Assembly (NCBI GenBank): GCA_040755995.1
Contig: JBFMAF010000027.1
Coordinates: forward strand, 1-64,000
From: Acidobacteriota bacterium
GTDB lineage: Bacteria; Acidobacteriota; CAIWXX01
Reading direction: 5' to 3'
Length of the DNA stretch: 64,000 nucleotides
The position numbers and the translations under genes were made by a program. The notes below the pieces were generated by a model. The model was given only the letters and a program-made list of their open reading frames with translations, was not told the origin of the DNA and ran no database searches. Below, piece by piece: positions 20,430 through 29,150 of the stretch (within the stretch, counting starts at the first letter, position 1; every line of letters starts with the position of its first letter).

Positions 20430-21290
20430 ATGGAGCCAAGACTGGCTCGAATCGGCGCCCGGGCTGGGATCCTGCTCTGGTCGTGTTCGACTATCCACCC
20501 AACGTGTGCTTCCTCGTTTGCGAACATGCCGGTAGGAACGATCATCGAGGATGTGGAGCTTCGCGGCCCGGACGGGGCAGAGCGCCACTTGCTGGAGGCG
20601 GACAGCATCAATGTGTTCATGTTCGTGAACCCGGAGCAAGAGCATTCCCTGTCAGCGGTGCGCGCGATGGCAGAGCTTCGAGAAGAATTCGCAGGGAAGC
20701 CGGTACATTGGGGCGTAATCGTCACTGACAGAGCGCCGCAGGCTGCGGTGGAATCGATGACAGGGCGCGGCAACGCGTCAATACCCGTGCTCTTGGACAA
20801 AGGGGATGTGCTCTACGGACGGTTTGGCGTCGCGCTCTTCCCGGTCGCCGGCATTACCGACCGGTCTTCCAGACTCGCCTTCTACGAGCCTTTTTCGAAA
20901 GTGCACTACCCGACCGTGATCCGGGCAAGGATCAGGTACCTGCTTGGCGAGATCGATCAAGCGGAGATGATGCGGGCTGTTGCGCCTCCAGCCGAGGCGG
21001 AGGTCGCTGATGCTGACGTGGCCCGGCGATTCCTCAAGCTTGCCGAGATGCTGTACCAGTCTGGAAAGTACGAGAAGGCAGCCGAGTCAGTCCGTCACAG
21101 CATCGAGAAAGACGAGACCCTTGTCGCGTCGCATGTGCTACTCGGTAGGGTCCTCGCCGCCCTGGGCAGATGCGAGGAGGCGATCGAGGCATTTGAGCGG
21201 GCGAAGCAGCTGGACCCGGGGGATCCCGGAGCAACCGGCCCACGCCCGGATTGTACCCAGTCGACGGGCGGCGGTCGTCTCACGCCCTGA
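20430..21290 (+). CDS. Thioredoxin-like fold (no CxxC) + TPR protein
   Basis: ATG 2 nt after the cytochrome stop; IPVLLDKGDVLYGRFGVALFP resembles AhpC/TSA; C-terminal TPRs (SHVLLGRVLAALGRCEEAIEAFERA). Confidence 0.7.
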   Translation: MEPRLARIGARAGILLWSCSTIHPTCASSFANMPVGTIIEDVELRGPDGAERHLLEADSINVFMFVNPEQEHSLSAVRAMAELREEFAGKPVHWGVIVTDRAPQAAVESMTGRGNASIPVLLDKGDVLYGRFGVALFPVAGITDRSSRLAFYEPFSKVHYPTVIRARIRYLLGEIDQAEMMRAVAPPAEAEVADADVARRFLKLAEMLYQSGKYEKAAESVRHSIEKDETLVASHVLLGRVLAALGRCEEAIEAFERAKQLDPGDPGATGPRPDCTQSTGGGRLTP

Positions 21291-21478
21291 CGCCGAACTG
21301 AAGAACGCGCGGCGATATCTGCGCGGCGAGGAGCTGTTCCCGCACCCCGGCGCAGAGTACTATGATTAACGCGGCGCTCAGGCGCTCACGGGAGCTGGAT
21401 GGTCACGAGGCCAACTGCGACCTTGCAAGGAGCGTGACAGGGCAGCGGCACAACTGGCCGCAGGTCCGCCCGCGCAAG

Positions 21479-22237
21479 TCACTTGAGGTGACAGGTGTTG
21501 CACAATGCGCTGTTCTGATTCGGCTTCCTGAGGAAGGGGAAAACGTCGGGATCGTGCACATTGTGACAGGAAGGGCATTCGATCTTCCCTCCGTACAGCT
21601 TCACATCGTATGACGAGCTGCCGCCCCACCCCGTCATGGGGTTATCGGGCGCAGTGAAATCGGGATCCAATGCAGGAGTCGGGTAGATCATTCCTATGGG
21701 ATGGTCATTCCGGAGGTCAGTTCCCAAGTATGACATCAGTGCGTCGTGTCCCCAGGTTCCGTCGTGGCACATACTGCAGGTCGCGCCAGAAGCGGGATCA
21801 GGGTCCATCCTCCAGTGGGCAGGCGCTGCCGGAATGCCGTACCACGGACCACCCAGGTTGGCGCCGCTGCCGGGGGCGTTCAGTACCTCATCGACAGCGA
21901 TCGTTCCATCGTGGCACGACAGGCATGCGAGAGAGTATCCACCGGGCTGACCGGGGGTTGAATCCATAGTCGGGCTCGAATACAAGGTATACGACTGGCT
22001 GGGCGTCCTATGATTCCACAGCGGCGCATCGATCAGGGTAGTCGCGCCGTGCGGCGTATGGCAGTACACGCAGACCTCCCCGTAGTTGTTCATCGTGTTG
22101 GGATGGATGAGGTTGGCCGGTATGACATGCGTCAGGTCATGCTTGGTACCGACTACTGTTCCGGAGAAAATCGGCACAGCGGCCACAGCCGCAACCGCCG
22201 AGACCACCAGCCACAGACGCATCCGGTTGGCTCTCAT
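21479..22237 (-). CDS. OmcE-family extracellular cytochrome, 5-heme variant (paralog A)
   Basis: Signal MRLWLVVSAVAAVAAVPIFS; GTKHDL, EVCVYCHTPH, PLWN, SLACLSCHDG, extra CSMCH, LGTDLRNDHP, IECPSCHNVH, PFLRK, SALCNTCHLK. Confidence 0.88.
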   Translation of the reverse strand: MRANRMRLWLVVSAVAAVAAVPIFSGTVVGTKHDLTHVIPANLIHPNTMNNYGEVCVYCHTPHGATTLIDAPLWNHRTPSQSYTLYSSPTMDSTPGQPGGYSLACLSCHDGTIAVDEVLNAPGSGANLGGPWYGIPAAPAHWRMDPDPASGATCSMCHDGTWGHDALMSYLGTDLRNDHPIGMIYPTPALDPDFTAPDNPMTGWGGSSSYDVKLYGGKIECPSCHNVHDPDVFPFLRKPNQNSALCNTCHLK

Positions 22238-22280
22238 CGTACACGACGCCCTGTGCATATACCACGCACATCGCGTATCA

Positions 22281-22296
22281 AGCAAATTCTGTGCCG
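22281..22296 (-). promoter_or_regulatory. sigma54 promoter for the 22237 cytochrome
   Basis: Minus strand CGGCACAGAATTTGCT (GG-N10-GC). Confidence 0.75.
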
Positions 22297-22403
22297 GGAG
22301 AATGCATTCCCCGCAGGGGGTGCACACAACTGCGATTTCAACGAGATATCGGCAGTCACTCCGTTCCCAAACCAGCGGTGGCGTGTTCGGAGTATTTCGG
22401 GAC

Positions 22404-22440
22404 TGCGCGAAATCACGCTCAAAGTGGGTGAAAATGCACA
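22404..22440. promoter_or_regulatory. Tandem candidate enhancer-binding-protein sites
   Basis: TGCG-CGAAATCA-CGCT (22404-22419) and TGGG-TGAAAATG-CACA (22425-22440), 21 bp apart. Confidence 0.5.
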
Positions 22441-22734
22441 GAAGGCACCGGGCAGAGCCGGGGATGCCTGGGTTGCCACCGGTTGACCGCTCTGCGGGCA
22501 CCAGGCGCGATTCCGCAGACGTGTTGGAGGATCGGGGATCATGCCGTTTGAATCGCAGTGAATCCAAGCAGTCCGATGAGGACGGCCCATGATCAGGGCA
22601 TCGAGGGCGGAGGGTATGCCGAGATGTTGCGGCATCGTGCTTGCATACCTGAAGGTGTATGCTGGTCAGGTGGTCGTCGCCCAACGGGGCAATGCATTTG
22701 TCAACACGGAGTTGACTACACTGAGCCGACTCGA

Positions 22735-25005
22735 ATGACTTGCGCCGTGAACCGGTCCAGACGCCTCGCCACTGGCGGACTTCCGCTCGTCGGTCTCACC
22801 CTGATGATCGCGTGGCTTTCGTTTCCAAGAAGACCCAGCGTGTTCCCGCTGGACGATGCGTATATCCACCTATCATACGTCAAGAACCTAGCGGAAACGG
22901 GGGCACTGTGTTTCAATCCGGGTGAACCAAGCATCGGCACATCGAGTCCTCTGTGGGTAGCATTCCTGGTCCCATTCTACCTGGCCGGACTCGACATGTA
23001 CTGGACCGTGCAGCTCACAAACCTCTTCCTTCTTGGTCTACTGAGCTATCTGGCGATGGACATCACGAGGACCATCGCCGTTTCGTTCTTCCAGACTGAG
23101 GGCGAGGCCATGCCCTGGTCGTTCCTCGGCGGTCTCCTGCTTGTTCTGAACGGGAACGTCCTCTGGTTCGCTCTGAGCGGCATGGAAACGATGCTCTACC
23201 TCTGCACCTGTCTTCTCGCGATCAAGCTCTACCTCCTGCGAGGATTCGATTACATCACCGGCTTGACATGCGGTCTCGTGTTTCTGGCTCGTGAGACTGG
23301 AGTGGTACTGGGACTGGTCTTCCTAGTGGCCGACTCTTCGAGCAGGCGATTCTTGCGGCTCTTCAGAGGAGCAATGGCAATGCTGCTTGTCATATCTCCT
23401 TATCTTTGGCTGACGGTGCGGGTTACAGGCGGATGGTTTCCCTCGACGGCGAGAGGCAAGCTGGCCTCCTATGTCGACGGAGGGCTCGATTGGCAACGGA
23501 TACCCAGGACCGATCTACATGATGACCTCGCAATCCGAAACCTGATCGAGAAGCGGGTATTCGAGGAAGACCCAACGTCTCGCGATTATGTGCTCTTTTG
23601 CAGAGACGTGAAGACTGAGTCCGACCTGAGCCAGCGTCTGCGGGCCGCGGGTATCTCCGAAAGTGAGGAGTTCCTGGCTGAGTGGCGCCTCACGCATCGG
23701 AATCACATATACTGGTATTTGAAGACGGTTCTTCTCTACCAGAAGTACCAGCCGCAGAACCTGCTGCTGATGGCAGTTCTGTGTGCCTGGCTCATTCATC
23801 TCATCTACACTTCCTCGCGGCGATGGCGAGAGACAAAGAAGCTCCTCACCGGTCGACTCGTGGGTTGTTCCGTGTTGATTGCATGGGGATTTCTGCATCT
23901 CTCGCTTCACGCGGTCGGCTTTCGCACTCTGCTTCATCACACCCGATACCTTGCTGACGAGTACCTCATCCTCGCCATCGCCGGATCGCTGGGTTTCATC
24001 TGGCTTCACAGACGATACACGCGCTCCGCGGCGCTCCTCGCCGGTGTCGCCCTCTTCACGAGTGCAGGCGGACTCTTCTACTGGCGGGACGTATATGCTC
24101 ACGACATCAAGCATATGGATGACGTGTATGTTCGGATGGGAGACTGGATAGAGAGAAATACACCGGACGATGCCAGGATCGCAGCCTTCGACATCGGGGT
24201 ACTCCGCTATGTCGGGAATCGTTATACGATAGATCTGGGCGGACTAGTCGATGCAAACGTCGTTCCGTATCTTGCCAGGAGGGAGTGCGGGGAATATGTC
24301 CGCCAAAGAAGAGCCGACTACATTCTCTATTCTCGTAACCTCGAAGTTGACTACTTCACCGGCCTCTATCTGGCAGAGTACGAGGGAAGGAGACTGCTCA
24401 AGCAAGCACCAGTCGTTCATTTCGATACGTCACAATACAGTGCCCCCACTCTTACTCATTCTTTTCGATTGGATTTGACCCGGATCGCTGGGTGGCTCGA
24501 CCCAACGATCGACGGGATTCAGCGGGCTTTTTGCTATGATGGACGTCCATACCAGGTGATCAACGAAACCGTCGATAATAGACTCGAGTTCGTTGGATAC
24601 TCCGTGGACCAGCGGGCGATCGAGCTCATTCCTTACTATCCCTACGGAACAAACGTGGTCTTCTTCTTCAGAGCTCGCCAGCGCCTGAGCCACCTCTACT
24701 GGGTGCACCTGGCCCTGTTTGATTCCGAAGGCCGCGTCTTCTATCTGTTCAGTCACATACCCACCCACAACTTGCTCCCCTATGACCAGTGGCCGGTAGG
24801 TCAGCTAGTTCAGGAGCACCACATACTGTTCGCTCCGACCCCAATGCCGAGAGCGAGGTTCCACATCAGGGTGACTGTCAACAGGACCCCTTTCCTCGAT
24901 AGATCTCGCCTCGGTGAGCTTGCCTGGTACGAACTCGGAACTTACGAGAATCTCGGGAACGCACTTCATCCAATGGACCATCAAGAACTGATGTGCTTTC
25001 CCTGA
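22735..25005 (+). CDS. GT-C fold membrane glycosyltransferase
   Basis: LDDAYIH after the first TM; FNPGEPSIGTSSPLW; SGMET; LARE; multiple TMs; IAAFDIG...IDLGGLVD C-terminal domain. Confidence 0.8.
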   Translation: MTCAVNRSRRLATGGLPLVGLTLMIAWLSFPRRPSVFPLDDAYIHLSYVKNLAETGALCFNPGEPSIGTSSPLWVAFLVPFYLAGLDMYWTVQLTNLFLLGLLSYLAMDITRTIAVSFFQTEGEAMPWSFLGGLLLVLNGNVLWFALSGMETMLYLCTCLLAIKLYLLRGFDYITGLTCGLVFLARETGVVLGLVFLVADSSSRRFLRLFRGAMAMLLVISPYLWLTVRVTGGWFPSTARGKLASYVDGGLDWQRIPRTDLHDDLAIRNLIEKRVFEEDPTSRDYVLFCRDVKTESDLSQRLRAAGISESEEFLAEWRLTHRNHIYWYLKTVLLYQKYQPQNLLLMAVLCAWLIHLIYTSSRRWRETKKLLTGRLVGCSVLIAWGFLHLSLHAVGFRTLLHHTRYLADEYLILAIAGSLGFIWLHRRYTRSAALLAGVALFTSAGGLFYWRDVYAHDIKHMDDVYVRMGDWIERNTPDDARIAAFDIGVLRYVGNRYTIDLGGLVDANVVPYLARRECGEYVRQRRADYILYSRNLEVDYFTGLYLAEYEGRRLLKQAPVVHFDTSQYSAPTLTHSFRLDLTRIAGWLDPTIDGIQRAFCYDGRPYQVINETVDNRLEFVGYSVDQRAIELIPYYPYGTNVVFFFRARQRLSHLYWVHLALFDSEGRVFYLFSHIPTHNLLPYDQWPVGQLVQEHHILFAPTPMPRARFHIRVTVNRTPFLDRSRLGELAWYELGTYENLGNALHPMDHQELMCFP

Positions 25006-25015
25006 AGCGACCCCA

Positions 25016-26365
25016 ATGAAGAAACTCAGGATCGTCGCTGCCGCGCTTTGTTGGCTTGGCTCCACCGGTTCGGCTCCGTTGCACTGTGCCGCACACCCCA
25101 ATGTCGTGCTGATAATCATCGATACCTTACGCGCGGATAAGCTCGGGTGCTACGGGTCCAGGGAAGACACTTCTCCGGAACTGGACGGATTGGCAGAAAT
25201 GGGAATTCAGTTCACCAAGATCTATGCTCAGTGCAGCTGGACCCGTCCTTCAGTGGGTTCCCTGCTCACATCGCTCTACCCTCGGTCAATCGGCCTGTAT
25301 GGTGGTCATCCTGGGGAGAAGCTGCATGACTGCTACTCGACTCTACCCGAGATCCTCAAGGCCCGTGGGTACTACACCCTCGGCATTACTGCGAACCCGA
25401 CCATCAACACCATCTTCAATCTTGATCAGGGGTTCGATGAGTACATCGACAGCGATGTGGTCTGGGATTGCATGCTGGGGCTGGAAAAGGGCAAGAAGGA
25501 GTACAAACCGGATGTTGTCCCGCTCCCGAATTCAGAGCGTATCTTCAGGACAGTCCTGGATAGGGCCAGGGCCATCTCGAAGAGGCCCGTTTACCTACAG
25601 ATCAACGTCATGGAGGTTCACGAAGGTTGGCGCTTGATCAGGCCGGAGTTCAAGAACATCTTTGCGAACCGCCCATTCCACTGGTACCTTGAGGCCGTCA
25701 GACAGACATCGCTTGACGTGCACCGCTTCGTCACGGAATGGCTGTCCATCCCCGGGTTTCAGGACACCTTGTTTGTGATCACGAGCGATCATGGGCAGGG
25801 ACTGGATGACCACCCACATGTTGCGAACTCACAGGATCACGGGTATCTCTTGTATGAATCCCAGCTTTCGGTGCCCCTCATTCTCTACCATCCCTCCGGT
25901 GCGTGGGAGCGGGGGAAGAAGATTGACCGACCTGCGAGGTTGATGGATCTCATGCCCACGATCCTGGACTACCTTGATATCCCCTGCCCTGATAATATCC
26001 AGGGGATTTCCTTGCTGGAGTTGATATCGCATGGGAGCTCGTCTGTGAGCTTGCCGGAGTACTTCGTGTCTGAGACGTATTTTGACGGGAGTGAGAAGCT
26101 CGCTGTCTACTCCGGACGATGGAAGTATATTGAGAATCGAGATTCTCAAGAAGGCGTGAACAAGGTTGAATTGCAGCCGATCGGAGTCAAAGAGGACGGT
26201 GCACTGACCGACCAGATTCGCGAGAACGACGGAATCCGCCGGGCGATGCGGGCATTTCTTGAATCATGGGAGTTGTCTTTCCCCAGGGCGGAGGGTACTC
26301 CCGCCGATGGGAAGTTCAGGGAGGAGGAGATTCAACAGCTGAAGTCTTTGGGCTACCTGGACTAG
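25016..26365 (+). CDS. Exported alkaline-phosphatase-superfamily (sulfatase-like) enzyme
   Basis: PNVVLIIIDTLRAD, SWTRPS, ITSDHG, HG..LYE...VPLI, DLMPTILD, QLKSLGY. Confidence 0.88.
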   Translation: MKKLRIVAAALCWLGSTGSAPLHCAAHPNVVLIIIDTLRADKLGCYGSREDTSPELDGLAEMGIQFTKIYAQCSWTRPSVGSLLTSLYPRSIGLYGGHPGEKLHDCYSTLPEILKARGYYTLGITANPTINTIFNLDQGFDEYIDSDVVWDCMLGLEKGKKEYKPDVVPLPNSERIFRTVLDRARAISKRPVYLQINVMEVHEGWRLIRPEFKNIFANRPFHWYLEAVRQTSLDVHRFVTEWLSIPGFQDTLFVITSDHGQGLDDHPHVANSQDHGYLLYESQLSVPLILYHPSGAWERGKKIDRPARLMDLMPTILDYLDIPCPDNIQGISLLELISHGSSSVSLPEYFVSETYFDGSEKLAVYSGRWKYIENRDSQEGVNKVELQPIGVKEDGALTDQIRENDGIRRAMRAFLESWELSFPRAEGTPADGKFREEEIQQLKSLGYLD

Positions 26366-26458
26366 GAACTCCCAGATGGCTGAATCCTGAGAAGGCGTGG
26401 TGAGCATGATCGTGCGGCTCTTGCAGAGGGGGCGACGCGATCCCGTCGAGCCGCCTGG

Positions 26459-28219
26459 GTGGCGCACCAGCCGAGTCGCGACTGTAGGTGGGGAGTCGTC
26501 AGTCCCGTGGTGAATCGCAAACCCGTTGCCGGGAGCACGAATCGCATAACCCACGTCCAGCGCAACGTTTCCATATTGTGGGTTGTCATGCTGTCAATTG
26601 GAGCGTACTACCCTGGTCTCCGCGGTGGGTTTGTCTGGGATGATTGGACTCTGATTGTCGAAAACGATTCTGTCAGATCGTGGAGCACGCTGAGAGAGAA
26701 CCTCACCTCAGACTTCTTCTACTTCGGCCAGTCGCCTTTGCTGAGCCAGAAGCGGGGTTACTATCGCCCCCTGATAACGCTTTCCTACATGGCGGACTAC
26801 GCTCTGTGGAAGCTCGACCCACGCGGCTTTCATTTCACGAACATGGTGCTACACGCCGCGGCCTCGGCCTCGCTCCTCCTGGTGCTGATCCGACTGCTTT
26901 CTGGACAACCGTGGATCGCGGTTCTGGCTGCTGCGCTCTTCAGCGTACATCCGATCCACACCGAATCGGTCAGCTGGATCTCCGGGCGAACCGACGTCAT
27001 GGCGGGCCTGTTCTTCTTCGCTGCGCTCTACTCCTACCTCCGCGCGCACCCACCGGACCGATGCGGCGCTCAGAAAGCGCCCGGATTATGGACCGGCTGC
27101 GCCGTGCTCTCTTTCGTAATGGCAGTCCTTAGCAAGGAGACCGCGATCGTGCTGCCCGCCGTCCTCGCGACATACGAGTACTGTCTGGGCCCATTCGATC
27201 TTGAGAGGGGATGGCGAGCCTCATTGAGAAGGCTGAGCCCGTACGCTATTGTGGGCATCGCCTATCTGATCGTGCGCTTCATCGTGCTCGGTGTGAGGGC
27301 GCCAACTAACGAGTGGGTGGCGGCCCAAGGCACATGGGCGATCTCCGTGACTTCGCTCAAAGCCATCGGAATCTACGCATCAAAGCTGGCTGTTCCGTGG
27401 CCGCTGTGCGCCTACTATCAGGCGCCGATAACGCGTGACCTGCTTCAAGTCGGTGTCTTGATCCCCTTGGTCGTCCTTGTGGGCCTGGGTATCTTCTTCT
27501 GGCAGCGCGGAAGAGGGCGCGGATTGCTTCCCCTTTCGTTCCTATACTTTCTCCTGACGCTGCTTCCAGTCTCGAACATTGTTCCGATTGGCGCCCCCAA
27601 GGACATGGGCTTCCTGATCGCAGAGCGGTTTCTGTACGTTCCCTCGGCAGCGTTCTGCGTTCTCGCTGCATGGGCGCTGAGCCGGGCGGCCGGCGTTCTG
27701 CCACGAGGGCCCTGGGCGCCGCATCTGGCGGGCGCTGCTTTTGCAGTCCCTGTGCTGGCCGCCTATCTCGTGCTCACGATTGCTAGAAGTTCGGTGTGGC
27801 ACGATGAGATTACATTCTACACGGAGACGTTGCGGCACGCCCCCGATGCCGGTCTGCTCCACTATGTCCTCGGAATTGCCTACTGGGAGGCCGGCGAAAA
27901 GGTGCGTGGCAAGGCCGAGATGGAGGAGGCATTGCGGTGCAATCCGGCGGCATCGTGGGCTCACAACAACTTGGGAAACATGTTGTTCGAAGATGGGAAC
28001 GTTGCCGGGGCGGTTCAGCAATGGGGGGCCGCAGTGCGAACCGATCCGTCGAACTGCCAGGCGTGGTTCAACCTGGCCAGAGCGCTGGACCGGTGGGGAC
28101 TATCTTCACAGGCCGCCGTTGCATACCGATCTTTTCTCAAGAGCGCCCCGACCTCGCTGGGCGTCTACATCGCGATGGCAAAGTCCCGCCTGAGAGCGCT
28201 CGGCCAGGACACTCGCTGA
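26459..28219 (+). CDS. TMTC-like GT-C protein O-glycosyltransferase with C-terminal TPRs; start uncertain
   Basis: GGFVWDD, YYRPL, HPIHTESVSWISGRTD, LSKE, AERFLYVPS, VWHD, then TPRs. Confidence 0.88.
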   Translation: MAHQPSRDCRWGVVSPVVNRKPVAGSTNRITHVQRNVSILWVVMLSIGAYYPGLRGGFVWDDWTLIVENDSVRSWSTLRENLTSDFFYFGQSPLLSQKRGYYRPLITLSYMADYALWKLDPRGFHFTNMVLHAAASASLLLVLIRLLSGQPWIAVLAAALFSVHPIHTESVSWISGRTDVMAGLFFFAALYSYLRAHPPDRCGAQKAPGLWTGCAVLSFVMAVLSKETAIVLPAVLATYEYCLGPFDLERGWRASLRRLSPYAIVGIAYLIVRFIVLGVRAPTNEWVAAQGTWAISVTSLKAIGIYASKLAVPWPLCAYYQAPITRDLLQVGVLIPLVVLVGLGIFFWQRGRGRGLLPLSFLYFLLTLLPVSNIVPIGAPKDMGFLIAERFLYVPSAAFCVLAAWALSRAAGVLPRGPWAPHLAGAAFAVPVLAAYLVLTIARSSVWHDEITFYTETLRHAPDAGLLHYVLGIAYWEAGEKVRGKAEMEEALRCNPAASWAHNNLGNMLFEDGNVAGAVQQWGAAVRTDPSNCQAWFNLARALDRWGLSSQAAVAYRSFLKSAPTSLGVYIAMAKSRLRALGQDTR

Positions 28220-28259
28220 TGGCAACGCCAACATACTGGCCCCGGCTGCGCGCCGATGG

Positions 28260-28275
28260 TGCGTGAAAAGACCCA
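28260..28275. promoter_or_regulatory. Candidate enhancer-binding-protein site
   Basis: TGCG-TGAAAAGA-CCCA, about 105 nt upstream of the sigma54 promoter. Confidence 0.45.
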
Positions 28276-28378
28276 CGTCTGGGACCAGGCGACGCTCGCT
28301 GCATTCCCATGGAGTGCGGCTGCGGGCATTATCAACTAGATACGGCTGCGAAGTCGACGCGAATCGGTGACTGGACCG

Positions 28379-28394
28379 TGGCATCCGATTTGCA
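28379..28394 (+). promoter_or_regulatory. sigma54 promoter for the 28421 cytochrome
   Basis: TGGCATCCGATTTGCA (GG-N10-GC). Confidence 0.8.
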
Positions 28395-28420
28395 TAGATG
28401 AGGGTGTAGGGGAGGTATAG

Positions 28421-29095
28421 CTGGTCCGTCGAATCGCCTTCTTTCTCGCGGCTCTCTTGGTCGCCGTCGCGCAAGGCCCGTCCACCAGGGCGGACAGCGT
28501 CGTGGGATCCAAGCATGATCTGAGCACCGCCTGGACACCCGAGCCCTGTGCATTCTGCCATACTCCGCACTTCGCCAATACGAGCATCGACGCCCCGCTG
28601 TGGAACCGGACCATCGGGAGCGTCACGTTCACGCCGTACCAGAGCCCCACGATGGACACGGTGTGCCCGAGCGTGCCCAATGGGCGGTCGCTCGCATGTC
28701 TAGGTTGCCACGACGGAGTCCTTGCCAATAACGACAAGCATGATCTGGTGAATGCCCCCGGGCCCGGCGGCATGCCCGACACGTCATCGTGGCCCAATTG
28801 TTACAGCTGCCACCCGGACATCTACGGCGATCCGGCGATCACCTGGATCGGCACCGATCTACGAGATGATCATCCCATCTCGATGACATATCCGACCCCC
28901 GCTCAGGATCCGTTCTTCAATACTCCGCCTGATCCGATCATGGGATGGGGAGGCGCCGGCGCAGGGGACGTAAAGCTGTACGATGGCAAGATCGAGTGCG
29001 CATCGTGCCACAATGTGCACGATCCCGCCTATGTGCCATTTCTGCGCAAGCCCAATAGCAACAGCGCGCTCTGCCTGACCTGCCACATCAAGTAG
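28421..29095 (+). CDS. OmcE-family extracellular cytochrome, 5-heme variant (paralog B); probable CTG start
   Basis: GGAGGT RBS then CTG gives signal (M)VRRIAFFLAALLVAVAQGPSTRA; GSKHDL, CAFCHTPH, CLGCHDG, extra CYSCH, IGTDLRDDHP, CASCHNVH, SALCLTCHIK. Confidence 0.88.
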   Translation: MVRRIAFFLAALLVAVAQGPSTRADSVVGSKHDLSTAWTPEPCAFCHTPHFANTSIDAPLWNRTIGSVTFTPYQSPTMDTVCPSVPNGRSLACLGCHDGVLANNDKHDLVNAPGPGGMPDTSSWPNCYSCHPDIYGDPAITWIGTDLRDDHPISMTYPTPAQDPFFNTPPDPIMGWGGAGAGDVKLYDGKIECASCHNVHDPAYVPFLRKPNSNSALCLTCHIK

Positions 29096-29098
29096 CTA

Positions 29099-29148
29099 CC
29101 TCGGCACGCTCGGGTGAAGGCCCCACAGTCTCGAATCGAGTGCCGAGG
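29099..29148. terminator. Hairpin between convergent cytochrome genes
   Basis: CCTCGGCAC...GTGCCGAGG 9-bp stem, extendable past a bulge. Confidence 0.45.
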
Positions 29149-29150
29149 CA

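Noticed and set aside
21290..21369. Protein-like tail DAELKNARRYLRGEELFPHPGAEYYD after the TPR gene
   Set aside because: May be a gene remnant, but it is too short to assign and has no start.
22238..22684. Long N-terminal extension of the 21479 cytochrome in the ORF track (likewise 35840..35917)
   Set aside because: The extension spans or abuts the sigma54 promoter and precedes a clear signal peptide, so it is probably not translated.
22700..22716. GTCAAC-N5-GTTGAC dyad before the GT-C gene as an FNR site
   Set aside because: Does not match TTGAT-N4-ATCAA; single occurrence.
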